Shown here piece by piece: positions 8,924 to 18,229 of a stretch of 61,119 bases of DNA. The DNA is from an uncultured Rhodothermales bacterium. GTDB lineage: Bacteria; Bacteroidota; Rhodothermia; Rhodothermales; VXPQ01. The DNA is taken from NCBI GenBank assembly GCA_964570345.1, contig CAZMXY010000001.1, forward strand, positions 5,637-66,755, read 5' to 3'. A model generated the notes under the pieces. That model had not been told where the DNA came from, ran no database searches, and saw nothing but the letters and a program-made list of their open reading frames with translations. How positions within the stretch are numbered: position 1 is the first letter of the stretch; the number at the start of each line of letters is the position of its first letter. Position numbers and translations under genes: made by a program.

Positions 8924-11900
8924 CTACGCCGTCAATTCCGTGTTCGGGTTCGTCACGCGGGCGAGATACGAAGTTCGCGGTTTCACGTTGAGCTCGGCCA
9001 GCATCTCGTAACGGCGCGAATTCCGCTTCTCGCGGACGACGAGGCTGTTCGGGTCGTTTATGTCACCAAAGGTGATGGCCTTCGCCGGACACACCTGTTG
9101 GCAGGCCGTCAGCACCTCCCCGTCTTCCAGGTTTCGCTCCTCGATCTTCGCAGCGCGCTGTTTCTCACGCACCCGCTGAATGCAGTACGAGCACTTCTCC
9201 ATCACGCCGCGAAAACGAACCGTGACGTTGGGATTCTGCGCCATCTGAACGGTCGTGGGGATCGTCCGCGACCAGTTGAAGAAGTTAAAGCGACGTACCT
9301 TGTACGGACAGTTGTTCGAGCAGTATCGCGTGCCGATGCAGCGATTATAGATCATCTGATTCGTGCCGTCGGACGAATGGATCGTCGCCGCAACCGGGCA
9401 GACCGACTCGCACGGTGCATTCTCGCAGTGCATGCACGGTATGGGCTGGACGACCATTCGCGCATTCTCCACGTCGTCCTCATCGCTCACGAAATAGCGG
9501 TCCACGCGCAGCCAGTGCATCTCCCGGCCACGGCTGACCTCGTCCTTCCCGACCATTTGCACGTTGTTCTCGCTATTGCACGCCACGATGCAGGCGCTGC
9601 AGCCGGTGCACGTGTTCAGATCGATGACCATCCCCCACTGATTTACGTGATGGAGGCTGCTCTGAAAAGCAGGCTGCTCGGCGGGGTGCTTTTCGTGCCA
9701 TAACTCGGGGAATTGGGTCCAGGGCTCGGCTCCCGGCAGCGGCGGCACAGCGGATTCGGCGAAGTCCGGACGGCGTCGATACTCGTCGAGCGTGGCCTGC
9801 CGGAAAAGGGGTCGCCCTTCGAGGCTTCCATGCTCCTGGGTCGTGACGATCTTGTACTTCTCACCGGTCTTGCGGACCTCAACGCCGGCGATCACGCGCT
9901 CCATCGAAGCCGAACGAATCGGACCTACGTTTTTCCCGACGCCGTTGGCCAGTGGGCCGTCCGCGTACACGTCCGAATAGTGATCGAGATCGAAAAAGCG
10001 GGCCTCTCGCGACGGTCGCGTCGTCGTGAGGTCCCGGCCGTAGCCGAAGGTGACGTTTATGGACCCGTTCGGCAGGCCGGGCTGTATCCAGACGGGCAAT
10101 TCGACGCTCCGGCCGTCAACGTTGAGCTCGACGACGTCGACGACGTAGTAGCCCTTCGTGTATTCCTGAGCGACCTCGAGTCGTTCGGCCGTCGCCGGAC
10201 TCATGAGCGCCACGTTGTCCCACACGATTTTCGTCGTGGGTTCCGGAAGCTCCTGCATCCATGCATTGTTGGAGTACGTCCCGTCCAGTACGGTCGAACC
10301 GAGCCGGAAGGTTAGTTCAATCGCATCGCCTGAGGCCGGCTGAAGTCGTCCGGAAAAGCCGGCGCCGGAAGAGATTGACGCGCTCGCGTAGCCGCTGTCC
10401 GTCAGCAGCCCGTCGTGGAGGGCACGTTCCCAGCCCTCCTCGAAGTTTCCGCTGACGTAGTCGCGCCATTGCTCGCGAACGAGGTCGTAGCCGGACACGT
10501 CCGTTCCGTTGACGAGGGCATTGAGCACTTCGAGCTCGGACTTCGTGTCGTAGAGAGGAGCGATGAGGGGCTGGATGATCGAAAGCGTGCCGTCGGATGC
10601 TCGACCGTCACCCCAGGCCTCGAGGTAATGAGAACGAGGTACGTGCCACCGGCACACTCGTCCCGTTTCGTCGAGATGCGACCCTACGTGGATGGACTGG
10701 TCGACGCGCCGTAGGGCCTCGCCAAAATCCAGCTCGGCGGGAGCGTCGTACACGGGATTTACCCCGATCGTCACGACGGCATTCACGATGCCCGATCGCA
10801 TGTCCGCGACAAGCTCCTCGAGCTGAGGGCCCAACGGCGTTTCGGTGTCTTCTTCTTCCAGATTCAAGTACTCGACCGTGCTGCCGATCGCGCCGATCGC
10901 GGCGTTGATCGACGCGGCAAGCGCATGCACCGCCGGCGGCTGCGTCTCGCCTGCCACGACGACGCCGTTCTGTCCGGCCCGGACGAGATCGCGACCAGCG
11001 GCGGCGACGAACGGATGGTTCTGAAGATGGCTCGACGGTTGCCCTCCCAGTCCCAGATGCGCGGCGAGAGCCGTCGCGAGAGCGGGAATTTCTCCGGCAC
11101 GTAAACGAAGCCGGTTGTCGGCCATGCCTCCGGTCAGTGAGAACGTGCTCTCCGCGACGTAAAGGCGGCTGATCTCGTCATCCGGTGAGCTGACGCGCCG
11201 ACCGGTGGCGAATTCCGCCGTGTGGTGAACGAAATTAGCTTCCGTCGGGCCGAGCAAGTCCGCGTCGAGACTTATGATGACGTCCGCATTCGAAAAGCGG
11301 TACAGTGGACGCACGGGGCCGCCGGCGAGCGCTTGAAGACCAAGCCGCTCGGCATCGTCGCCTTCCGGCCGATACGTAATCCACGTGGAATCAGGGTACG
11401 TTTCCGACAGGCGGCGGCGCAGTGCGTTGATCGTCGGCGAGGACGTCGGCTCGGAGAGCACGACGACGCGATGGTCAGCCGCCGCGGCAATGAATCGCCG
11501 CGCTAAGGTCAGGAAATCCTGCCATGACGCTCCCGATCCGTCGCGAAGAAGGCGGTGGGAGCGGTCGGGATCGTACAGGTTCAAGACGGATGCCTGCTCG
11601 AACAGGCCCGTCGCCCCCCGACTCATGGGATGCTGGGGGTTGCCTTCGATCTTGGTCGGGCGTCCTTCATGGCTTTCGACGAGCACGGGACGTAGCACGC
11701 CGCGGAACGGCATCCCCGTAGCGTAAAATAGCGGAATTCCGGGGATGATCTCTTCCGGCTGCCTGGTGTACGGAAGAGTTTTCTCGACGGGTCGGCGGCA
11801 AGCGGCAAGACCGGCCATCGCCATCGAGGCGCCCATGATCTGCAGGAATTGACGTCGCGTGGCCCCGCTCGGCCGCTCGTTCGCGCCAGGCATCATCTCC

Positions 11901-12127
11901 TCGCCCATCACGGCCTCGAGCTCCGGATGGTGCCGGAGCTGCGCGAGGCTTCTCCAGTACCGCTCGCGAGGCTTTTCGAGGTCCGCAGCGTCTTTCTTTA
12001 CGAGGGGAAGTTCGATCATTTCTCGATTAGGGAATTTCGAATCGCGGGGATCAGCACTCTGATTCAATCCTCGATCGACCGCTTCCGGACCATCTTGACC
12101 TTGTCGCTCTGAAATCGAATAGCCCAA
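8924..12127 (-). CDS. actB: Alternative Complex III subunit ActB (molybdopterin-oxidoreductase-like domain fused to a 4Fe-4S ferredoxin domain)
   Basis: 1067 aa with a Tat signal (RRQFLQIMGASMAMAGLAACRR). The C-terminal part has Fe-S cluster motifs (CTGCSACIVAC, CMHCENAPCESVCP, CIGTRYCSNNCPYKV, CQQVCP). Starts 3 nt after the actA stop. An alternative internal start (MIELPLVKKD) is possible. Confidence 0.92.
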   Translation of the reverse strand: MGYSISERQGQDGPEAVDRGLNQSADPRDSKFPNREMIELPLVKKDAADLEKPRERYWRSLAQLRHHPELEAVMGEEMMPGANERPSGATRRQFLQIMGASMAMAGLAACRRPVEKTLPYTRQPEEIIPGIPLFYATGMPFRGVLRPVLVESHEGRPTKIEGNPQHPMSRGATGLFEQASVLNLYDPDRSHRLLRDGSGASWQDFLTLARRFIAAAADHRVVVLSEPTSSPTINALRRRLSETYPDSTWITYRPEGDDAERLGLQALAGGPVRPLYRFSNADVIISLDADLLGPTEANFVHHTAEFATGRRVSSPDDEISRLYVAESTFSLTGGMADNRLRLRAGEIPALATALAAHLGLGGQPSSHLQNHPFVAAAGRDLVRAGQNGVVVAGETQPPAVHALAASINAAIGAIGSTVEYLNLEEEDTETPLGPQLEELVADMRSGIVNAVVTIGVNPVYDAPAELDFGEALRRVDQSIHVGSHLDETGRVCRWHVPRSHYLEAWGDGRASDGTLSIIQPLIAPLYDTKSELEVLNALVNGTDVSGYDLVREQWRDYVSGNFEEGWERALHDGLLTDSGYASASISSGAGFSGRLQPASGDAIELTFRLGSTVLDGTYSNNAWMQELPEPTTKIVWDNVALMSPATAERLEVAQEYTKGYYVVDVVELNVDGRSVELPVWIQPGLPNGSINVTFGYGRDLTTTRPSREARFFDLDHYSDVYADGPLANGVGKNVGPIRSASMERVIAGVEVRKTGEKYKIVTTQEHGSLEGRPLFRQATLDEYRRRPDFAESAVPPLPGAEPWTQFPELWHEKHPAEQPAFQSSLHHVNQWGMVIDLNTCTGCSACIVACNSENNVQMVGKDEVSRGREMHWLRVDRYFVSDEDDVENARMVVQPIPCMHCENAPCESVCPVAATIHSSDGTNQMIYNRCIGTRYCSNNCPYKVRRFNFFNWSRTIPTTVQMAQNPNVTVRFRGVMEKCSYCIQRVREKQRAAKIEERNLEDGEVLTACQQVCPAKAITFGDINDPNSLVVREKRNSRRYEMLAELNVKPRTSYLARVTNPNTELTA

Positions 12128-12130
12128 CGC

Positions 12131-12778
12131 TCAGTAATGGCACGCTGAACATTCCGTGGGGGGCAGAATCGCCTCGTGCTGAATCCGTTCTACGTTTCGT
12201 CGCACGAAATCGGGAGGCTGTTCATAGCCCATGGTCGTTATCTCCTCGTCCGGACGTAGATAGAGCTCCGGCTGCCGATGGCATTCGAGGCACCATCCCA
12301 TTGACAACGGTTCGACGAGCTGGACGACCTCCATCCTGTCGACACGGCCGTGGCACGTCTCACAGCCCACACCGCTATTTACGTGCATGGCGTGGCTGAA
12401 ATGTGCGTAATCGGGCAGGTGATGCACTTTCACCCATTCGACGGGATCACCGGTCGCCCAGCTTTCGCGAACGGGTAAGAGCGAGAGCGACTCCGATTGT
12501 ATCTGCGCATGGCAATTCATACACGTCTGAGTCGGGGGCAGATTGGCCACGGCCGCGGTCTCTACGTTCGTGTGGCAGTATCGACAGTCCATGCCGAGCT
12601 GTCCGGCATGTAGGCGATGACTATACGGTACCGGTTGTTCAGGAGCGTACCCGACGTCGGTAAATTCCGGAGAGAAGTAGTACCAAACGATGAAAATCAG
12701 AATGACACTACCGAACAGCGCTCCTGCCAGCGAAAGCAGCGGCAAGACGTTAGCCTTCTTCGGAAAGATCTGAGGCAT
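12131..12778 (-). CDS. actA: Alternative Complex III subunit ActA (pentaheme cytochrome c, membrane anchored)
   Basis: 215 aa with an N-terminal TM anchor and five CxxCH motifs (CRYCH, CMNCH, CETCH, CLECH, CSACH). Confidence 0.9.
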   Translation of the reverse strand: MPQIFPKKANVLPLLSLAGALFGSVILIFIVWYYFSPEFTDVGYAPEQPVPYSHRLHAGQLGMDCRYCHTNVETAAVANLPPTQTCMNCHAQIQSESLSLLPVRESWATGDPVEWVKVHHLPDYAHFSHAMHVNSGVGCETCHGRVDRMEVVQLVEPLSMGWCLECHRQPELYLRPDEEITTMGYEQPPDFVRRNVERIQHEAILPPTECSACHY

Positions 12779-13064
12779 TCAGATACGCGCGACTACGTGT
12801 AACGGGCTTGTGCAGGCGCAGCAAAGGTAATGTTTATCTGACTGCGGCGAGAAAATCCGCCGTTGAATTTAGGGTAAAATGGCTCTTTGCCGCGGCGTAC
12901 GGACGAACTCACGTGATGACGGAAAGGCGGGATGGAGAACGGGCGAGTGCACGTCGTCCGGCATACGGAACGGGATTTTCGTCGCGATCTCGGATGTTAG
13001 GCAACGAAACGTATAAATATCAAACGCCGCACGTCCCGCTTGGGAGGAGCCGTAGAACCGGCGC

Positions 13065-14438
13065 CTACCGGCTGCCATACGTCACGGGCGTTGCGGTGAG
13101 GCGGCGAAATCTCGATACGAGCAGTACGGCCGCCGTGCCGAGACCCAGTACGAGGCCCCACCAAAGTCCGGGTGCACCGAAATCCAGGCCGAACCCCAGC
13201 AGACACCCACTCGTCAGGCCGACGATCCAATACGAGATGAATCCGATGATCATCGGACGGCGCGTATCCTTCAGGCCTCTCAGTGCGCCGGCCGCCGAGA
13301 CCTGAATACCATCGAAAACCTGGAAAATCGCCGCGATGCCAAGCAGCGTCACCGCGAGCCGGATCACGTCCGCGTTCCGCGGGTCGGCGAGGTCCAGGAA
13401 GAAGCCGACGATCGGGCGCGGAAAGATCCAGAAACACGCGGCGGCCAGCGCCATGAAAGAAGCGGCGATCAGGACGCCTGCCGCACCCGCCCTGCGAACG
13501 CCGGGCACGTCGTCTCGACCCGCGGCCTGGCCGACGCGGACCGACGCGGCGATTCCTACGCCGAGCGGAACCATGAAGGTAAACGCCGCGCACTGAAGAG
13601 CGACTTGATGCGCGGCAAGCGCCGTCGATCCGATTAAACCCAGCAGCAACGCCGTGAACGTGAACAGCCCCGACTCGATGCCGAGCGAAACGCCGATGGG
13701 CCAGCCAATCTTGAAAATTTCCTTGAAGTAATGAGGATCCGGCCGTCCCAACGTACTAAAAACGCGGTACCCCCTCAGGGTCGGAACAAGGCGGACGTAC
13801 GCCGTCAGAGCCAGGACGAGGAACCAAAACACGAGTGTGCTTGCCCACCCCGTTCCGGCGATTCCAAGGGCGGGAACGCCGAGCTTGCCGAACATCAATA
13901 CGTAATTGGCACCGACATTGACGAGCACGCCGATCATCATGATGATCGTCACGGGCCACGGCCGTGAAATGCCTTCGACGAATCCGCGCAGCACCATCAA
14001 CCAGAGAAATGGAAGGAAGCCCCAGACGATGGCGCGCAGGTAGCTGACGGCTCCTTGTACGGTCGCCGGCGGCTGCCCGACGAACGTCAGGATCGGCCCC
14101 ATTTTCCACAGCAAGAAGAAGGAAGGGATCGCGAGGGCGAGACCAAGCCAGAAACCCTGCCGAACGCTTCGCTCGATCGGCTCTCTGAGGCCCGCGCCGT
14201 GCGCCTGCGCGACCATCGGACCGATGGCCATTACGACGCCCATACACGTGATGCACAGGAAAAAGAAGACGGCGTTACCGATGGCCACGCCGGCCAGGGC
14301 CTCTTTGCCCAGGCGCCCAACCATCACGGTATCCGTCAAACCCATCGACATCTGTCCGAGCTGGGCCGCGACGACGGGTCCCGCCAGCCGGAGAGTGGAG
14401 CGCGTCTCGCGCAGGGCTATCGCTGTCCGTTCTGACAT
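13065..14438 (-). CDS. MATE family efflux transporter
   Basis: 457 aa with a 12-TM profile and a MATE-typical N-terminus (LRLAGPVVAAQLGQMSMGLTDTVMVGRLG). Confidence 0.9.
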   Translation of the reverse strand: MSERTAIALRETRSTLRLAGPVVAAQLGQMSMGLTDTVMVGRLGKEALAGVAIGNAVFFFLCITCMGVVMAIGPMVAQAHGAGLREPIERSVRQGFWLGLALAIPSFFLLWKMGPILTFVGQPPATVQGAVSYLRAIVWGFLPFLWLMVLRGFVEGISRPWPVTIIMMIGVLVNVGANYVLMFGKLGVPALGIAGTGWASTLVFWFLVLALTAYVRLVPTLRGYRVFSTLGRPDPHYFKEIFKIGWPIGVSLGIESGLFTFTALLLGLIGSTALAAHQVALQCAAFTFMVPLGVGIAASVRVGQAAGRDDVPGVRRAGAAGVLIAASFMALAAACFWIFPRPIVGFFLDLADPRNADVIRLAVTLLGIAAIFQVFDGIQVSAAGALRGLKDTRRPMIIGFISYWIVGLTSGCLLGFGLDFGAPGLWWGLVLGLGTAAVLLVSRFRRLTATPVTYGSR

Positions 14439-14546
14439 GGGGGCTCGGATGTTTCGAAAGTGCGGATACCACGAATCAACTGCTCACAGGATGCGTTCAC
14501 TGAGCCTCCTTTCGGTAAGGGAAGGTATATTCGCTTAAAATTGACC

Positions 14547-16706
14547 ATGAGCAACGCAGCATCGGAGCGAGCGCTCGCGGCCGCGGAGGACGTCCGGCGC
14601 GGCCGGCTCGACCTGTCTGTCATCATCGTCAATTACAACGTTCGCGAGTTCCTCGAACAGGCGCTCCGGTCCGTCTATCGGGCAGGCAGCGACGTCGAGA
14701 TCGAGGTGTTCGTCGTCGACAACAACTCCGTCGACGGGAGCACCGCGATGGTCCGGACGGAATTTCCGGACGTTCGTCTCATCGTCAACGACGAGAACGT
14801 CGGTTTCGGCCGGGCGAATAACCAGGCCATCCGACTCGCTCGCGGCCGATACGTCCTCGTCTTGAATCCCGACACGATCGTTCAAGAGGACACGTTTTCG
14901 ACGCTGCTCGACTTTATGGAAGAACATCCGGACGCGGGAGCGGTCGGCTGCAAGATTCTGAATCCCGACGGGACGTTTGCTCGCGAGAGTCGTCGCGCCT
15001 TTCCGACTCCGACCGTCGCCTTCTATCGAATGGTGGGGCTCGCGTCCGCTTTCCCCCGGAGTCGCACGTTCGGCCGGTACAACATGACGTATTTACCGGA
15101 GGACGAAGCCGCCGAGGTCGACGCATTGAGCGGGTCCTGCATGCTCGTCCGGCATGCCGCGTTGTACTATTCGCGGGCGCGTGCGGAGCACGTTCCCGAT
15201 TCGCAGACGCGGGCAGGGCACTTTCCCACGCCGTGCGATCCGACCGCCTGCGACGGCGGCGGCGCGGGGCTTTTTGACGAGAGTTTTTTCATGTACGGCG
15301 AGGACTTGGACTGGTGCTTCCGCATCCAGCAGTCGGGATGGAAAATCTATTACACGCCGGACACACAGATCATTCACTACAAAGGGGAAAGCACGAAAAA
15401 AGGCGAGCTCCGGTACGTGCGCCTTTTTTACGGTGCGATGCTTCGTTTCACGGAAAAACATTTCGAGAGCCGTTATTCTCGACTCTTTGCCGCGCTCGTG
15501 CGGTGCGGCATCATGGTACGGGCCGCGCTCTCGGTCGTGTCCGGCGGCGCCCGGCGGCTGGTCTGGCCGCTCGTCGACTTCACGACCGTGTACGTGATCG
15601 CATCTCTCGTGGCCACGTCCCATGCGCTGCTGATCGATGCCAGGGTCTCGCCTGTTTTCTTTGCCGCCGTCGCACCGGCTTACGGCCTCGGTGGCGTGAC
15701 GGGCATCGCGGCGTTGGGAGGCTACGGCCGGCGGCGACGGATTCGCGGCATCTGGGGGGGCATCCTTCTAGGCATGCTCGTCGTGGCGAGCGTATCGTTT
15801 TTCGTGAAGGACATCGCATTTTCCAGGATCGTGATCCTCCTCATCTTTCCACTTTCGGCCACGATCGCGACGCTTTTCCGGCTCTTCTCGGCACGCACGG
15901 AGGATGGAAGCAGCGGGACGCGGCATGCGCTGCTGGTGGGTCATCGGGCCGAGGCCGCGCGCCTTCGAAAGATGCTGGCTCGCCATCCGCGCCCACCTTT
16001 CGTACTGGATGGATTCGTCGAGTCAGACGACCGGACGTCGCCGCGGAACGGGCGTAACGGCAGCTCGAAACCCGTCACGCTCGGGCGGCTTTCCCAGCTC
16101 CGCGACATCGTACGTCTTCGTCAGATCGACGACGTGGTGTTTGCCTCCGCCGCACTTTCAAATCAGACGATCTTTCGGCTCATACAGCGCCTTCGCGACC
16201 TTCCCGTCCATTTTCGCATTCTGGCCGAGGGCAGCGACCACGTCATCGGCAAGGCCTCGGTCGACGACTTGTCGATGGTGAACCTGGTGGAGGCGGAAGA
16301 GACGCTCGTCCATCCGCGAAGCCCGTTCGCTCGCCGAACGTTCGAGTTGGCCGTAGCGACGGTCGGGACGTTTTTGCATCCGATCATCTCCGCGGTCGCG
16401 ATCGCCCGGGGAAGGGACTCGTTTTTTGCTCGGTTGGCAGTTCGAACGAGCAAGTTCGTCGGAGTAATTCTGGGTAAGCGAAGCCTTATCGGATACGATC
16501 CGAATGGGCGCTATCTGCCACCGAACGAATGGGGACTCAAGGACGGCGTCTTCGTCGTCGGTGAGGCCGTGGACTTGACCGATGCCGGTCGTGACGAAAT
16601 CGGAGCGGCTTATTGGTTTTATGTCAGAAATCAGTCTGCTTCGTTAGATTGGGACATCGTGCTCCGGTCACTTAAGCGGCTACGGACCCGAAGGTTGACG
16701 TCTTGA
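14547..16706 (+). CDS. family-2 glycosyltransferase fused to a TM region and a degenerate polyprenyl glycosylphosphotransferase-like C-terminal domain
   Basis: The track ORF starts at 14460; I prefer the ATG at 14547 (MSNAASER...). The GT2 signature is VIIVNYNVREFLEQALRSV...VVDNNSVDGS...YGEDLDWCFR. A central multi-TM block follows. The C-terminal roughly 260 aa align to the in-window PGPT (22525..23934) but lack its KFRSM/DELPQ/PRP catalytic block. Confidence 0.75.
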   Translation: MSNAASERALAAAEDVRRGRLDLSVIIVNYNVREFLEQALRSVYRAGSDVEIEVFVVDNNSVDGSTAMVRTEFPDVRLIVNDENVGFGRANNQAIRLARGRYVLVLNPDTIVQEDTFSTLLDFMEEHPDAGAVGCKILNPDGTFARESRRAFPTPTVAFYRMVGLASAFPRSRTFGRYNMTYLPEDEAAEVDALSGSCMLVRHAALYYSRARAEHVPDSQTRAGHFPTPCDPTACDGGGAGLFDESFFMYGEDLDWCFRIQQSGWKIYYTPDTQIIHYKGESTKKGELRYVRLFYGAMLRFTEKHFESRYSRLFAALVRCGIMVRAALSVVSGGARRLVWPLVDFTTVYVIASLVATSHALLIDARVSPVFFAAVAPAYGLGGVTGIAALGGYGRRRRIRGIWGGILLGMLVVASVSFFVKDIAFSRIVILLIFPLSATIATLFRLFSARTEDGSSGTRHALLVGHRAEAARLRKMLARHPRPPFVLDGFVESDDRTSPRNGRNGSSKPVTLGRLSQLRDIVRLRQIDDVVFASAALSNQTIFRLIQRLRDLPVHFRILAEGSDHVIGKASVDDLSMVNLVEAEETLVHPRSPFARRTFELAVATVGTFLHPIISAVAIARGRDSFFARLAVRTSKFVGVILGKRSLIGYDPNGRYLPPNEWGLKDGVFVVGEAVDLTDAGRDEIGAAYWFYVRNQSASLDWDIVLRSLKRLRTRRLTS

Positions 16707-16802
16707 GCCGTAGCGGTTGCTCACGATCGGAATGCGCGCGCGGCCCGGGATAGCGTGAATAGAACTGCAAAAAAAACGCCGCCAAGCATCGGCGCTTCAA
16801 GA

Positions 16803-17816
16803 ATGCCAAAGTCATCCCAACACCTGCTGGATTTCGAACGCCCACTCGTCGACCTCGAGCAAAAGCTCGACGAAATGCGCTCCTTCGATGCGCAGGACGT
16901 GAATGTCGATCTTTCCGCCGAGATCGCCACGCTCGAGGCGCGCGTGGATGAGCTTCGAGCGTCCATCTATAGAAATCTGACGCGCTGGCAGCGGGTGCAG
17001 ATCGCGCGGCATCCCCAGCGGCCGTATACCGCCGATTACATCGAGCACGTCACCGAGGACTTCATCGAGCAGCATGGGGATCGCCATTATGGCGACGACC
17101 CGGCCGTCATCGGTGGGTTTGCTCGGTTCAAAGGCAGTCGTTACGGTAGCGTGGATCGGGCCGTCATGATCGTCGGGCATCAGAAGGGACGCGACACGAA
17201 AACGCGGAAATTCCGACGTTTCGGCATGCCCAATCCCGAGGGATACCGCAAAGCGATGCGGTTGATGAAGTTGGCCGCCAAGTTCCACAAACCCGTCATC
17301 ACGTTGCTCGACACGCCCGGCGCCTACCCGGGCATGGAGGCGGAGGAACGAGGACAGGCCGAAGCGATTGCCCGAAACCTTCTCGAGATGACACAGCTCG
17401 GCATACCTATCGTGGTCGTCGTCATCGGCGAAGGCGCCTCGGGTGGGGCGCTCGGCCTAGGCGTGGGCGATCGCATCTTGATGCTGGAGAATGCGTGGTA
17501 CTCCGTTATCTCGCCTGAGAGTTGCTCCCAAATATTATGGCGCTCTTGGGACTACAAGGAAGACGCCGCACAGGCCCTCAAGCTCACCGCGAACGACCTC
17601 ATTCAAGTCGGCGTGATCGACGAGATCATAGAGGAGCCGGTGGGCGGCGCTCATCGCGATCCTCAAAAAACGTACGGATCGGTCGGCCGCGCGATAGCGA
17701 GGGCGCTGTCCGAACTCGACGGCATTCCCGCCTCCGCTTTGATCGACGCCCGCATCGAAAAGTTCGACCGGATGGGCGCCTATCGAGTGGCCGAGTCCGT
17801 CGGCGTGGAGCGGTGA
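16803..17816 (+). CDS. accA: acetyl-CoA carboxylase carboxyltransferase subunit alpha
   Basis: AccA-typical N-terminus from the ATG at 16803 ([25 protein letters not shown]). The core motif is [28 protein letters not shown]...[14 protein letters not shown]. The track start at 16755 is an upstream extension. Confidence 0.92.
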   Translation: MPKSSQHLLDFERPLVDLEQKLDEMRSFDAQDVNVDLSAEIATLEARVDELRASIYRNLTRWQRVQIARHPQRPYTADYIEHVTEDFIEQHGDRHYGDDPAVIGGFARFKGSRYGSVDRAVMIVGHQKGRDTKTRKFRRFGMPNPEGYRKAMRLMKLAAKFHKPVITLLDTPGAYPGMEAEERGQAEAIARNLLEMTQLGIPIVVVVIGEGASGGALGLGVGDRILMLENAWYSVISPESCSQILWRSWDYKEDAAQALKLTANDLIQVGVIDEIIEEPVGGAHRDPQKTYGSVGRAIARALSELDGIPASALIDARIEKFDRMGAYRVAESVGVER

Positions 17817-18229
17817 TCGAATTCGTGTACACCCATCGCGTGCGATACCGCGAGGCCGATCCCATGGGCCTCGTCTATCACGCGCACTACGTCGATTATT
17901 TCGAGGCGGCCCGCACCGAACTCCTGCGCGAAATGGGCCTGGCGTACAAGGATCTCGAGGACTCGGGGATCATCATGCCGGTCGTCGACCTTTCCGTCCA
18001 ATACAGGAGACCCGCCTATTACGATGACGTGCTCGAGATCGTCACGCGGGTGCGGGACGTGCCCGAGACGCGCGTGCGGATCGAGTACGAGGTCCGGCGT
18101 ACGGGCGAGAGGCGAAACCTCGTGACCGGCCACGTCACGCTGTGTTTCGTAGACCCCGACCGAAACCGCCCGATTCGTGCGCCCGAGCGTTTCCGCGCTC
18201 TGTTTGTGCAGGCAAATCAGGTCGATTAG
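17813..18229 (+). CDS. YbgC/4-hydroxybenzoyl-CoA-thioesterase-family acyl-CoA thioesterase (hotdog fold)
   Basis: The GTG at 17813 overlaps the accA TGA (GTGA). The product [42 protein letters not shown] is a typical 4HBT N-terminus. The track ORF 17522..18229 is an in-frame upstream extension through accA. Confidence 0.85.
   Translation: MIEFVYTHRVRYREADPMGLVYHAHYVDYFEAARTELLREMGLAYKDLEDSGIIMPVVDLSVQYRRPAYYDDVLEIVTRVRDVPETRVRIEYEVRRTGERRNLVTGHVTLCFVDPDRNRPIRAPERFRALFVQANQVD

Noticed and set aside
8849-9703. 284-aa plus-strand ORF and many other 60-200-aa ORFs inside actB, actC, bamA and similar genes
   Set aside because: They overlap strongly supported genes either antisense or out of frame. 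Their products are Arg/Pro/Gly-rich, as expected from GC-rich alternative frames.
12808-13305. 165-aa plus-strand ORF covering the act-upstream intergenic region and running into the MATE gene antisense
   Set aside because: The product is Arg/Ser/Pro-rich with no motif. Half of it is antisense to the MATE transporter. The region is more plausibly the act operon promoter and leader.
16769-16794. A8 run followed by a CGCCG(N8)CGGCG hairpin just upstream of the accA start. Read on the minus strand it looks like an intrinsic terminator (hairpin + U8).
   Set aside because: The stem is only 5 bp, and there is no minus-strand gene upstream for it to terminate. On the plus strand the A-run precedes rather than follows the stem. 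More likely this is an A-rich translation-initiation leader for accA.
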